Assembly (NCBI GenBank): GCA_902570525.1
Contig: CACFYN010000004.1
Span: forward strand, 2,664-66,663
DNA: 64,000 nucleotides
Reading direction: 5' to 3'
DNA from: an uncultured Pelagibacteraceae bacterium
Lineage (GTDB): Bacteria > Pseudomonadota > Alphaproteobacteria > Pelagibacterales > Pelagibacteraceae
A program made the position numbers and the translations under genes. A model generated the notes under the pieces. That model did no database searches and was not told the DNA's origin. It was given only the letters and a program-made list of their open reading frames with translations. This document shows, in pieces, positions 1 through 9,984 of the stretch (position 1 is its first letter; the number at the start of each line of letters is the position of its first letter).

Positions 1-1
1 T

Positions 2-493
2 AATAAACTCGATAAAGATATTAATTGCTTCAATGTCGCCCTTGGTGATAAAGATGAAATTAAACCATTAAATATTCTAAACGAAAGCTCATCTTCAACA
101 ATAAATAATTTAAATAAATCAAGCAAATATTACAAAAAAAAAAATAAAATTATAAATTTGTTCTCTAATAGACAAGAAATTATTCAAAAAAATGTTGAGA
201 TAAAAACATTATCATCATTTATGAATAATTTTATTTTAAAAAATCAAGTAATTTTGAAAATAGACACAGAAGGTTATGAGTATAAAATTTTAAAGGGCTT
301 GAGTAAAAAAAACTTAGAGAAAATTAATTTTATATATATCGAGCATCATTATGATCAAATGATTATTAAAGATTACAATTTTTCAGATATTAATAGTTTT
401 TTAAAACAAAATAATTTTTATTTAAGATTTAAAATTAGAATGAATTTTAGAAAAACTTTTGAATATATTTACGAGAAAAAACAATACTTATAA
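2..493 (+). CDS. FkbM-family SAM-dependent methyltransferase, 5'-partial (starts upstream of the window)
   Basis: Frame is open from base 2 (NKLDKDINCFNVALGDKDE...), upstream of the ORF-track start at 158; contains FkbM motifs 'NVALG' and 'LKIDTEGYEYKIL...IYIEH'. Confidence 0.8.
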   Translation, partial: NKLDKDINCFNVALGDKDEIKPLNILNESSSSTINNLNKSSKYYKKKNKIINLFSNRQEIIQKNVEIKTLSSFMNNFILKNQVILKIDTEGYEYKILKGLSKKNLEKINFIYIEHHYDQMIIKDYNFSDINSFLKQNNFYLRFKIRMNFRKTFEYIYEKKQYL

Positions 494-503
494 AATTAAT
501 TTT

Positions 504-1205
504 TTATCTTTTTATTAAATTTTTAAACTTGTGAATATTAATTGATGAATTTTTTGGAAACTTTTTTTTCCCAATAAGTACTGGTTTAACTTTTGGATTA
601 GTTTTCTTAGCAAATTTATATATACTATTTCTTTCCCCACCAATATTTATTATTCCTTTTTTATTAATTAATTTTTTAAAATTTGGAATTAAGTCGTCTA
701 CAAATAAGAAACTTGAAATTGCATCTTTAAAAGCTGATTTATGTATAAATGGTTTTTCAGTAATACAAAGTCTTAGGATTAATGAATTTTTATACATTTG
801 AACTGCACATTCGCCTCCAAGCTTTGACCAAGCATAATTATTTACAGGTAAAACTGGATCAGTTTCTTTATAGTTTCCTTTCGTACCCTGATAAACATAG
901 TTTGTTGAAAAATATATGAGCTTTATATTGTATTTTTGACAAATATTTACAACATTACAGGTCCCAATTATATTTTTATCAATACTTTCTTTTATATTTG
1001 TTTCATGAAATGCCATTGGTCTAGATAAACCAGCAATGTGTATCAGAATTTTTGGTTTAATTTTTCTAATTGCTTTTTCCATAGAGGAAGGGTTTAAAAT
1101 ATTAAATTGTTTTTTTGAGGTATAAATTATATTTTTTCCATAATATTTTTCCTTTAACAATTTACAAAATTTACTATTCGAACCTGTTATTAAAGTATTA
1201 CTCAT
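504..1205 (-). CDS. RmlD-like NAD(P)-dependent sugar-nucleotide reductase
   Basis: Degenerate Rossmann start ITGSNS, 'YFSTNYVYQG', YxxxK (YAWSK); near rmlC. Confidence 0.75.
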   Translation of the reverse strand: MSNTLITGSNSKFCKLLKEKYYGKNIIYTSKKQFNILNPSSMEKAIRKIKPKILIHIAGLSRPMAFHETNIKESIDKNIIGTCNVVNICQKYNIKLIYFSTNYVYQGTKGNYKETDPVLPVNNYAWSKLGGECAVQMYKNSLILRLCITEKPFIHKSAFKDAISSFLFVDDLIPNFKKLINKKGIINIGGERNSIYKFAKKTNPKVKPVLIGKKKFPKNSSINIHKFKNLIKR

Positions 1206-1207
1206 AT

Positions 1208-2305
1208 TTAATAAATCTTTCTAAAATATGAATTTATTTTTTGTACAACATATTTTATTTGATTATCCGAATGTTCCTCTGATATAGGTAAACTCAAAAT
1301 TTTTTTTCCAAGATCTTTTGCTTTTTTTACATTTTTTCCATTAAAAAATTTTAATTCATTTAACATGTATGGATAATGAACCATTGTCTGAATTTTATTT
1401 TTTTTTAAAAAAGAGGAAAGTTGGTCTCTTTTTTTTGTTCTAATTACAAATTGATGAAATGAATGAGTATTTTTTTTATTCAATTTAAATAACTCAACAT
1501 TTTTTATTGTTTTTAAACCTTTAAAATAAATACTAGCTAATTCGTTTCTTCTTTTAATAACTTTATTATAACTTTTAAGTTTAATATTTAATACCGCAGC
1601 ATTGATAGTATCTAATCTTGAGTTTCTTCCAGAAAAAATATGATCGTATTTACCTAATGCACCATGGTTTCTTGCTCTCAAGCAATATTTATAAATTTTA
1701 GATGAATTTGTTACTATAGCTCCACCATCACCAAATCCTCCCAAATTTTTACCTGGAAAAAAACTGAATGTTCCAATGTCTCCAAATGTGCCGACATGTT
1801 TGCCTAACAGTCTAGTACCGTGAGCTTGCGCACAATCTTCAATTATTTTTATATTTCTTTTATTTATAATTTTTTTTATTTGTAAAATATTTGTTGGATT
1901 GCCATAAAGATGAACAACCATTATTGCTTTCGTTTTATTTGATAATTTTTTTTTTAGGTCTTTTAAACATATTGAATAATCATCAAGATTGACATCACAA
2001 AAAACTACTCTGCATCCGTTTGTAATAATTGATTCTGCTGTTGATATCCAAGTATTTACTGGCAAAATGATTTCTGAACCTTTTTTTAAATTTAGAGATG
2101 CTAGTGCAATTTCTAAAGCATCTGTTCCATTTGCTACTGATACACAATATTTAGAATTTACATATTTGCTAAAATTATTCTCAAAATTAAGAACTTCTTT
2201 ACCTCCAATAAATTGTGATTTTTTAATTAGAAAGTTTACTCTTTGCAAAATTGCTGATTTATTATGAATTAATTTGTATAAGTTAGTAAATTTTACTTGT
2301 TTCAT
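1208..2305 (-). CDS. DegT/DnrJ/EryC1/StrS PLP-dependent sugar aminotransferase
   Basis: 'NGTDAL', 'IEDCAQAHG', catalytic Lys in 'SFFPGKNLGGFGDGG'. Confidence 0.92.
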   Translation of the reverse strand: MKQVKFTNLYKLIHNKSAILQRVNFLIKKSQFIGGKEVLNFENNFSKYVNSKYCVSVANGTDALEIALASLNLKKGSEIILPVNTWISTAESIITNGCRVVFCDVNLDDYSICLKDLKKKLSNKTKAIMVVHLYGNPTNILQIKKIINKRNIKIIEDCAQAHGTRLLGKHVGTFGDIGTFSFFPGKNLGGFGDGGAIVTNSSKIYKYCLRARNHGALGKYDHIFSGRNSRLDTINAAVLNIKLKSYNKVIKRRNELASIYFKGLKTIKNVELFKLNKKNTHSFHQFVIRTKKRDQLSSFLKKNKIQTMVHYPYMLNELKFFNGKNVKKAKDLGKKILSLPISEEHSDNQIKYVVQKINSYFRKIY

Positions 2306-2832
2306 TAAAGTGATTTATGTTTTTTTTTGAAATCTTCAAAGGTAATTAAAGTTTTATCCCTTTTAGATAAAATTGGTTTTCTTGTTTTCCATGTATTAAA
2401 AATTTTTTTATCTTTAAAACTTATACCACTTTCATTCATTGAATCTCTATATTTTTCTAGATGATAAAATATTGTACATTTTTTGGTTAAACATTCATAA
2501 CCGTGGGCATAAAATTTTGGAACAAACAAAATATCACCCTCATTTAAAATAAATCTTGAAACTTTTCCAAAATATTTTGAATTTTTTTTCAAATTTATTA
2601 CAACATCTAGAATTTTCCCCTCCGTTACATGAATAAGTTTAGTCTGTTGATTTTTTTTTTGAAAGTGTAACCCTCTAATTACATTTTTTTTTGATTTTGC
2701 TACAGCTGTAAATTTAATTTTTAAATTAAATCTTTTATTTAAGAATATCTCTTGAAAATATCCTCTGTTATCGAAATATTTTGGTTGTTTGATTTTGAGT
2801 GGGACTTTTTGATTTTTTAAATTTATTTTCAT
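2305..2832 (-). CDS. rmlC: dTDP-4-dehydrorhamnose 3,5-epimerase (RmlC/RfbC)
   Basis: 'DNRGYFQE', 'VIRGLHFQ', 'VPKFYAHGY', 'ILSKRD'. Confidence 0.88.
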   Translation of the reverse strand: MKINLKNQKVPLKIKQPKYFDNRGYFQEIFLNKRFNLKIKFTAVAKSKKNVIRGLHFQKKNQQTKLIHVTEGKILDVVINLKKNSKYFGKVSRFILNEGDILFVPKFYAHGYECLTKKCTIFYHLEKYRDSMNESGISFKDKKIFNTWKTRKPILSKRDKTLITFEDFKKKHKSL

Positions 2833-2896
2833 AAATTGAGTTATTTAATATATATATAATTGAGTAACTTAAATATATGTTTTAATTTTGTCTTCA

Positions 2897-3910
2897 ATGT
2901 TTATAAATTTCCTAATTATTTATTTTGTTTTTTCTTTAGTTTTAGTAGGTATTTGCAAACAATACAATTTACTAGTTGATAATAAAATTGAAAAACATAA
3001 AAAATATTCATCAACATTAAAAAGTTACTCAATTGGAGGAATACTCTTAATTCTTTTTTTTAGTTATTATTTTATATTTATCTCGGAAAATTACTCATTG
3101 TTGTTTTTTTTGATTTCAATTTTTTCTATAGGATTATTTTCAGACCTAAGAAAAATTCACAGTGTAAGCGCAAGATTTTTTTTACAAATTATTTTAATTG
3201 CTTTTTTTATTTATCTTTTGAAAACCCAGATAATTTCAACAAAAGTTATTTTCTTTGATCAATTATTACAAAACAATTTTGTAAATATCTTTTTTGTAAC
3301 ATTCTGTATTACAATATTAATAAATGGTGTAAATTTTATAGATGGTTTGAATGGTTTAGCAATTAAATATCACTTAATTATATACTTAGTGATGATGCTA
3401 TTTTTTTCAGAATTTGTTTTTGAAACTCAACTAATAAATTACATTGTAATTGTTCTTTTTATTTTGTTAATTTTCAATTTGTCAGGTTATTTATATTTAG
3501 GAGACTCTGGGTCTTATTTATTATCATTATTCACAGGAATTTTCTTAATTGAGTTTTCTAATGCTAACCCAGCTATTTCACCTTATTTTATAATTGTACT
3601 ATTATGGTACCCATGTTTTGAGTTATTATTTTCTATGATAAGAAGATTTTTAAAAAAAAAAGAAACGTACAAACCTGATACAGAGCATCTTCATCAATTA
3701 TTTTACAAGTTAATTTCAAAAAATTTAAAAATAAAAAATAAGCTTGCTGAACATATTATTGTTTCTCTTGGTATTAATTTATATAATTTATTTACTATTT
3801 TGATCTCAGTAAATTTTATTTATAACTCCGAAGTCTTAATTTTAATTTTATTTTCTAATATCTTTTTTTATATTTCTATATTTTATTTTTTGAAAAGAAA
3901 AAATTATTAA
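2897..3910 (+). CDS. MraY/WecA-family polyprenyl-phosphate sugar-1-phosphate transferase (glycosyltransferase family 4)
   Basis: Polytopic membrane protein with 'NGVNFIDGLNGL', 'YLGDSGSY', 'PDTEHLH'; ATG at 2897 preferred to TTG at 2888. Confidence 0.85.
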   Translation: MFINFLIIYFVFSLVLVGICKQYNLLVDNKIEKHKKYSSTLKSYSIGGILLILFFSYYFIFISENYSLLFFLISIFSIGLFSDLRKIHSVSARFFLQIILIAFFIYLLKTQIISTKVIFFDQLLQNNFVNIFFVTFCITILINGVNFIDGLNGLAIKYHLIIYLVMMLFFSEFVFETQLINYIVIVLFILLIFNLSGYLYLGDSGSYLLSLFTGIFLIEFSNANPAISPYFIIVLLWYPCFELLFSMIRRFLKKKETYKPDTEHLHQLFYKLISKNLKIKNKLAEHIIVSLGINLYNLFTILISVNFIYNSEVLILILFSNIFFYISIFYFLKRKNY

Positions 3911-4650
3911 AATTTTCTGTTGATGGAATTAATACTTAATCTCAATAAATAAAATAAAGATTTTAAAAAATTAAAGTCTAAATAAATATAATATACTCTA
4001 AATCCATCCAATACTTTTTGTAATAAATTTGAAGATAATGAATTATTTGAAAAATTCCATTCGCTGAGAAATTCATTTAAATTATATGCAATATAATTTT
4101 CCTTACTCAGTTTTAACCAAGCAACATAATCTTCTTTAGTTTTCAAAGAAGGAAATAATTCATTTTTAATAATATTTTTATTTAACATTACAGTTGATAA
4201 TCCAATCTCATTATCATGCAATAAGTCTTTATATAAAATTTTTCTTTTTTTACTTTGAACATGAATAGATTTTTTATTCGAAATTTTTTTTAAATAGTTT
4301 GTAAACGAAAAATCATATTTATTTTCCCTCATGAATTTTACTTGTTTCTCCAACTTATCAGAATACCAAATATCATCAGCATCTATAAAAGCTATAATAC
4401 TACCAGATGAATGTTTAATACCTATGTTTCTAGACATTCCAGCTCCATAGTTTTTTTTATTTTGAACTATTTTTATCTTTGAATTTTTACTGAAGCTTTC
4501 TTTAATGTAGACCAAATCATGAATATCAGTGTCATCATAAATCAATATTATTTCAAAATCTTGAAAAGTTTGGGCTAAAACAGAATTCAAAGTTTTACTA
4601 ATTTGATTTATCTTTTTATAATAAGGTATAATTACACTTACTAATGCCAT
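3907..4650 (-). CDS. Glycosyltransferase family 2
   Basis: 'VSVIIPYY', 'SRNIGI', 'AFIDADDIW'. Confidence 0.9.
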   Translation of the reverse strand: MALVSVIIPYYKKINQISKTLNSVLAQTFQDFEIILIYDDTDIHDLVYIKESFSKNSKIKIVQNKKNYGAGMSRNIGIKHSSGSIIAFIDADDIWYSDKLEKQVKFMRENKYDFSFTNYLKKISNKKSIHVQSKKRKILYKDLLHDNEIGLSTVMLNKNIIKNELFPSLKTKEDYVAWLKLSKENYIAYNLNEFLSEWNFSNNSLSSNLLQKVLDGFRVYYIYLDFNFLKSLFYLLRLSINSINRKF

Positions 4651-4744
4651 ATATTAATAATATTAATTAAAATAAACACGTTTAAAAGTAAAATGTTTTC
4701 TATCATGTGTCACAAATTTATTAATAAAACAAAATTATATTGAT

Positions 4745-5422
4745 ATGAAAGATTTAACATTATTAATACCTACAAAAAAAGAAGTCGAGTCATTACCTAA
4801 GTTTCTTAGAGAAATAGATAACCTAGACTGTAAAAAATTAATTGTTCTACAAAAAGAAGATGTTGAGACTAAAAACGCAATTAAAGATTTTGATAATATT
4901 GAAATTTTAGAGCAAGATAATAATGGTTATGGAAATGCAATAATCGAAGGTATTAATCATATTGATTCTAAGTTTTTTTGTATAATTAACGCTGACGGTT
5001 CAATGGATCCTAAATATCTGAGCAAAATGCTATCAGAGTGCCAAAATAAAGATCTCATATTTGGATCAAGGTATCAAAAACCTGGTGGAGGAAGTGACGA
5101 TGATGATCTAATTACTTTAGTAGGTAACTATTTTTTTACATTTTTAGGAAATTTTTTGTACAATTTAAATATAACTGATATTTTATATACGTATATTTTA
5201 GCCAAAACATCATCAACAAAAAAACTTAATTTGAAAAGTTGTGACTTTAGAATATGTGTTGAGCTCCCAATTAAAGCAAAGTTTTCAAATTTGCAATATA
5301 GTTGCATCCCATCATATGAAAGGCCAAGGATTGGAGGTAAAAAAAAAGTAAATCCTTTAAAAGATGGATTGCTTATACTTTGTGAAATTGTTAAATATTT
5401 TTTTAATAGAAAAATTAATTAA
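4745..5422 (+). CDS. Glycosyltransferase family 2 (DPM1-like)
   Basis: 'GYGNAIIEG', 'NADGSMDP', 'IFGSRY', 'RIGGKKK'. Confidence 0.85.
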   Translation: MKDLTLLIPTKKEVESLPKFLREIDNLDCKKLIVLQKEDVETKNAIKDFDNIEILEQDNNGYGNAIIEGINHIDSKFFCIINADGSMDPKYLSKMLSECQNKDLIFGSRYQKPGGGSDDDDLITLVGNYFFTFLGNFLYNLNITDILYTYILAKTSSTKKLNLKSCDFRICVELPIKAKFSNLQYSCIPSYERPRIGGKKKVNPLKDGLLILCEIVKYFFNRKIN

Positions 5423-5426
5423 ATAA

Positions 5427-6458
5427 ATGAAAAAAAAAGCTTTAATTTTTGGTATTACTGGGCAAGATGGCTCGTATTTAGCAGAATTTCTTCTCAAAAA
5501 AAATTATATTGTTCATGGTGTTAAAAGAAGATCCTCTACTATAAACACAGAAAGAGTAGATCATATTTATCAAGAACCTCACCTGAAAAAAAGAACCTTT
5601 ATTTTGCATTATGGAGATATTACAGATTCATTATCAGTAACAAGACTTATTAACGAAATTAAGCCCAATGAAATTTATAATTTAGCTGCACAGTCACATG
5701 TGCAAGTTTCTTTTGAATCTCCAGAATATACTGCCAATGCAGATGCTCTTGGAGCTTTAAGGATACTAGAAGCCATAAGATTTAATAAATTGGAAAAAAA
5801 GACTAAATTTTATCAAGCAGGCACTTCTGAATTGTATGGTTTAAATGAAAAAGTTCCTCAAAATGAAAAAACATTATTTCATCCTGCGAGTCCCTATGGA
5901 GTCGCAAAACTTTACGCACACTGGATTACAATCAATTATAGAGAGGCATATAACATGTTTGCTTGTAATGGTATTTTATTTAATCACGAAAGTCCAAGAA
6001 GAGGAGAAACATTTGTTACTCAAAAAATTGTACAAGCATTATGTAAAATTAAATTAAAAAAACAAAAAACATTATTCTTGGGTAATTTATACTCAAAAAG
6101 AGATTGGGGTCATGCTAAAGATTTTGTAGAAGCTATGTGGTTAATGTTACAACAAAAAAATCCAGAGGATTTTGTTATTGCGACAGGTAATCAAACAACA
6201 GTAAAAAACTTTATTAATCTTGTCTCTAAAGAATTAAAATTAAAAATTCGTTGGCGAGGCAAAGGCATAAAAGAGAGAGCTTTTGATGAAGATAATAATT
6301 TAATAGTTGCCTGTGATAAAACATACTACAGACCGTTGGAAGTAAACAGCTTGTTAGGAGATGCAAAAAAAGCGAGAAAAAAACTTAATTGGAAACCAAA
6401 ATCTAGTTTAAAAAGTTTGATAATAGACATGATTTCTAGCGAGATGCAAAAATATTAA
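5427..6458 (+). CDS. gmd: GDP-mannose 4,6-dehydratase
   Basis: 'GITGQDGSYLAE', 'YNLAAQSHV', 'NHESPRRGETFVT'. Confidence 0.97.
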   Translation: MKKKALIFGITGQDGSYLAEFLLKKNYIVHGVKRRSSTINTERVDHIYQEPHLKKRTFILHYGDITDSLSVTRLINEIKPNEIYNLAAQSHVQVSFESPEYTANADALGALRILEAIRFNKLEKKTKFYQAGTSELYGLNEKVPQNEKTLFHPASPYGVAKLYAHWITINYREAYNMFACNGILFNHESPRRGETFVTQKIVQALCKIKLKKQKTLFLGNLYSKRDWGHAKDFVEAMWLMLQQKNPEDFVIATGNQTTVKNFINLVSKELKLKIRWRGKGIKERAFDEDNNLIVACDKTYYRPLEVNSLLGDAKKARKKLNWKPKSSLKSLIIDMISSEMQKY

Positions 6459-6474
6459 TAATATTAAAAATTTA

Positions 6475-7404
6475 GTGAAAAATATTAAAATTTTTTTAGC
6501 TGGTCATAAGGGTTTGGTTGGTTCAGCTATTTTACGCAGACTAAGAGAGAAAAAATATACAAATATAATTTTAGCTGACAAGAAAAAACTAAATTTATTG
6601 GATCAAAAAAAAGTTTTTAATTTTTTAAAAAGAAAAAAACCTAAAATAGTTATAATTGCTGCTGCTAAAGTTGGGGGGATATATCATAATAGTACCCGAG
6701 GAGCAGATTTTATTTATGAAAATTTACAGATACAAAACAATCTTATTCACGGAAGTTATAAAAATAACATAAAAAGACTTATTTTTTTAGGCTCAAGCTG
6801 CATTTATCCAAAAAATTCAAAACAACCAATCAAAGAGGAATATCTTTTAAGTGGAAAACTTGAGGAAACAAATTTACCCTATGCCACTGCAAAGATAGCT
6901 GGTATCAAAATGTGTGAAGCTTACAATAAACAATATAAAACTAATTATATTTGTCTTATGCCAGCAAATACTTTTGGACCAAATGATAATTATAACTTAT
7001 TAAATTCTCATTTCTTTCCAGCGCTAATTAAAAAAGCTCATCAGTGTAAAGTTAAAAATAAAAAAATGATCGAAGTATGGGGAACTGGAAAGCCATTTAG
7101 GGAATTAATTTTTGTGGATGATATAGCTGACGCATGTATTTTTTTTATGAATAAAAAAATTAAAGAATCTTTAATAAATATAGGGTCTGGAAAAGATATG
7201 AGAATCAAAGATTACGCAAAATTTTTGATAAAAAAATTAAAATTAAACGTAAAAATAAAATTCAAAAAATCAAAACCAGATGGAGTATTTAGAAAAGTAT
7301 TGGATGTTTCTAAAGCAAAAAAATATGGTTGGAAGGCAAAAATATCTTTAGATAGAGGCTTTGAACTTACTTATAAAGATTTTTTAAAAAAAAATATTAC
7401 ATGA
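6475..7404 (+). CDS. fcl: GDP-L-fucose synthase family epimerase/reductase (Fcl/WcaG or ColC-like)
   Basis: 'AAAKVGGI', 'FLGSSCIYP', 'YATAKIAG', 'WGTGKPFRE'; directly after gmd; GTG start. Confidence 0.9.
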   Translation: MKNIKIFLAGHKGLVGSAILRRLREKKYTNIILADKKKLNLLDQKKVFNFLKRKKPKIVIIAAAKVGGIYHNSTRGADFIYENLQIQNNLIHGSYKNNIKRLIFLGSSCIYPKNSKQPIKEEYLLSGKLEETNLPYATAKIAGIKMCEAYNKQYKTNYICLMPANTFGPNDNYNLLNSHFFPALIKKAHQCKVKNKKMIEVWGTGKPFRELIFVDDIADACIFFMNKKIKESLINIGSGKDMRIKDYAKFLIKKLKLNVKIKFKKSKPDGVFRKVLDVSKAKKYGWKAKISLDRGFELTYKDFLKKNIT

Positions 7405-8279
7405 AAAATCTTATTGTGGTAACAGGAGGAGCTGGTTTTGTTGGATCAAATTTAATTAAATTACTTTTGAAAAAAACCAAATTTAAAATTATTTCAATCG
7501 ATGACTATAGCTCTGGTACAAAAAAAAATCATATTAAAAATAAAAGAATAAGATATATTAAATCACATACTAAAAATATTTTTCAAATATTAAAAAAACC
7601 AAATAAAATTTTAGTTATTTTTCATTTTGGAGAATTTGCGAGAATTTATCAAAGCTTTCTAAAAATGCATAAATGTATAAGCTCAAACTCTATTGGTAGT
7701 AATGCAGTTTTTAATTTTTGCTTAATTAATAAAATCAAGTTAGTCTATAGCGCTACTTCAGCTTCTTTGGGAAATAAAGGCAAAGATAAAAACTTATCGC
7801 CTTATGCATTTACAAAAGCAAAAAATTTGGAATTACTAGAAAATTTAAAAAAATGGTTTAATTTCAATTATGAAGTAATTTATTTTTATAATGTATATGG
7901 ACCAATGCAAATTTCAAAAGGGAGTATGGCAACTGTAATTGGAATTTTTGAGGAAAATTTTAAAAAAAATAAACCCTTACCCGTTGTTAAACCCGGTACT
8001 CAATCGAGACGTTTTACACATATAGATGATACAATTGAAATATGTTATCTAGCTTGGAAAAAAAATTTAAGAAGACATTATAGTATATCTCATAGAAAAA
8101 GTTATTCCATTTTACAGGTGGCCAAATTATTCCAAAAAAAAATTAAGTTCCTTCCACCGAGAGCGGGGGAGAGGTACGCATCTGCTTTGACGAATATGAA
8201 TCTCTCAAATAAAGTATATAGATATTTCGGTAAAAAAGAGCTGAAAGATTACATAAGCCATTTTGTAGCTAATAATTAA
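7401..8279 (+). CDS. NAD-dependent epimerase/dehydratase (extended SDR)
   Basis: 'VTGGAGFVGS', YxxxK (YAFTK), 'YNVYGP'. Confidence 0.85.
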   Translation: MKNLIVVTGGAGFVGSNLIKLLLKKTKFKIISIDDYSSGTKKNHIKNKRIRYIKSHTKNIFQILKKPNKILVIFHFGEFARIYQSFLKMHKCISSNSIGSNAVFNFCLINKIKLVYSATSASLGNKGKDKNLSPYAFTKAKNLELLENLKKWFNFNYEVIYFYNVYGPMQISKGSMATVIGIFEENFKKNKPLPVVKPGTQSRRFTHIDDTIEICYLAWKKNLRRHYSISHRKSYSILQVAKLFQKKIKFLPPRAGERYASALTNMNLSNKVYRYFGKKELKDYISHFVANN

Positions 8280-8290
8280 TCAAATATTAA

Positions 8291-8318
8291 TTGCATTTTG
8301 AAAAAATTTTATTATAAA
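8291..8318 (+). promoter_or_regulatory. Putative sigma70 promoter of the stand-alone 5S rRNA gene
   Basis: TTGCAT (8291-8296) - 16 bp - TATAAA (8313-8318), ending 6 bp before the 5S 5' end. Confidence 0.55.
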
Positions 8319-8324
8319 TCACGT

Positions 8325-8440
8325 GCCTGGTGATTATTGCGAAGGTGTTATACCCGATCCCATTCCGAACTCGGTAGTCAAGCCCTTCTGCGCCGATGGT
8401 ACTTTGTCTTAAGACATGGAAGAGTAGGACGTTGCCAGGC
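8325..8440 (+). rRNA. rrf: 5S ribosomal RNA (not linked to 16S/23S in this window)
   Basis: Terminal helix GCCTGG...CCAGGC; conserved 'CCCGATCCCATTCCGAACTCGG', 'GCCGATGGTACT', 'GAGTAGGACGTTGCC'. Confidence 0.97.
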
Positions 8441-8448
8441 TATTAATT

Positions 8449-8574
8449 ATGAAAGTAAAAAGTTCCTTAAAATCTTTAAAAAAAAGAGATCAAAACTCTA
8501 AATTAGTTAGACGCAGAGGAAGAATTTATATTATTAATAAAAAAAATCCAAAGTACAAAGCTAGACAAAAGTAA
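8449..8574 (+). CDS. rpmJ: 50S ribosomal protein bL36, Cys-free (zinc-independent) type
   Basis: Hand-translated and absent from the ORF track: [41 protein letters not shown] (41 aa). Confidence 0.95.
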   Translation: MKVKSSLKSLKKRDQNSKLVRRRGRIYIINKKNPKYKARQK

Positions 8575-8587
8575 TTAGGATTTTTTT

Positions 8588-9670
8588 ATGATAATTGGAT
8601 CAATTTCAGAAAATAAAGATAAAGAGAAAAGAATATCAATTACTCCAGAAATTTCTAAAAAATATATAGCATCTGGTTTTGAAGTAATTATTGAAAATAA
8701 TATAGGAGATCATCTCGGGATAGATGATAGTGATTTTATTAAAGAAGGTTGCAAAATTGAAAAAAAAGAGGATATCACAAAAAAATCAGATATCCTTTTA
8801 CAAGTAAGTTTGCCTAGCAAAGATAATTTTAAAAATTTTAAGGAAAAAAATATCTTAATTGGAAACTTTGATGTAAATAATAATAAAGAAATAATTGATA
8901 GTATAAAAATGAAATCATCAATTTTCTCTTTAGAATTACTGCCTAGAATAACAAGAGCACAATCTATGGATATATTGTCTTCCCAGGCTAACCTTGCAGG
9001 ATATAAAGCAGTTATTGACTCTTTTGCCTTGTTTAAGAAAGCTATACCAATGATGATGACCGCAGCAGGTACAGTGCCTGCATCTAAAGTTCTAGTTGTT
9101 GGTGCTGGAGTTGCTGGTTTGCAGGCAATTGCAACAGCAAAAAGAATGGGCGCTATTGTTTTTGCAACAGATGTAAGATTAGCATCAAAAGAACAAGTTG
9201 AAAGTTTAGGTGGTAAGTTTTTATCTGTTGAGGGATCTGAAAATTTAGAAACTGAAGGCGGTTACGCAAAAGAAGCGAGTGAGGATTTTAAAAAAAAGCA
9301 AGAGGAACTTTTAGCTGAAACTCTTAAAAAAATTGATATTGTTATTTGTACAGCTCTTATTCCAGGAAAAAAGGCACCAAAAATATTAAATGAAAGTATG
9401 ATTAACAATATGCAACCTGGATCAGTAATTTTTGATTTGGCTGCCTCACAAGGTGGAAACGCAGCTTTTACAAAAGCAGATGAAATAGTAGAAAATAACG
9501 GAGTAATTATAGTAGGAGAAAGTACGATATTGAATAAATTACCAGTATCTGCTTCAAATTTATATGCAAAAAACTTATATAATTTTGTTTTAAATCTTTA
9601 TGATAATAAAAATAAAAAAATAAATATAAATATGGAAGATGAGATTATAAGTAAGACACTTGTTAAATAA
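8588..9670 (+). CDS. pntAa: NAD(P) transhydrogenase alpha subunit part 1 (domain I)
   Basis: 'PRITRAQSMDILSSQANLAGYKA', 'GAGVAGLQAIATA', 'GGYAKE'. Confidence 0.95.
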   Translation: MIIGSISENKDKEKRISITPEISKKYIASGFEVIIENNIGDHLGIDDSDFIKEGCKIEKKEDITKKSDILLQVSLPSKDNFKNFKEKNILIGNFDVNNNKEIIDSIKMKSSIFSLELLPRITRAQSMDILSSQANLAGYKAVIDSFALFKKAIPMMMTAAGTVPASKVLVVGAGVAGLQAIATAKRMGAIVFATDVRLASKEQVESLGGKFLSVEGSENLETEGGYAKEASEDFKKKQEELLAETLKKIDIVICTALIPGKKAPKILNESMINNMQPGSVIFDLAASQGGNAAFTKADEIVENNGVIIVGESTILNKLPVSASNLYAKNLYNFVLNLYDNKNKKININMEDEIISKTLVK

Positions 9671-9673
9671 TAT

Positions 9674-9982
9674 ATGGAAATTGATCCCTTTATTTTTAGA
9701 TTAAGTATTTTTGTTTTAGCCATTTTTGTTGGTTACTATGTAGTATGGAGCGTTACGCCATCTCTACATACTCCACTAATGTCTGTTACAAACGCAATTT
9801 CATCCGTAATAATAGTTGGAGCCATAATTGCTGCACTGGCAGGTGATAAAAGAAATATTTTTGATACAGCAAATATTTTTGGATATTTAGCTATTATATT
9901 GGCAGCTGTAAACATTTTTGGAGGTTTTCTGGTTACTCATAGAATGTTAGCAATGTATAAAAAGAAAAAAAAAGGTAAATAA
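9674..9982 (+). CDS. pntAb: NAD(P) transhydrogenase alpha subunit part 2 (membrane)
   Basis: '[18 protein letters not shown]', '[13 protein letters not shown]'. Confidence 0.95.
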   Translation: MEIDPFIFRLSIFVLAIFVGYYVVWSVTPSLHTPLMSVTNAISSVIIVGAIIAALAGDKRNIFDTANIFGYLAIILAAVNIFGGFLVTHRMLAMYKKKKKGK

Positions 9983-9984
9983 AA

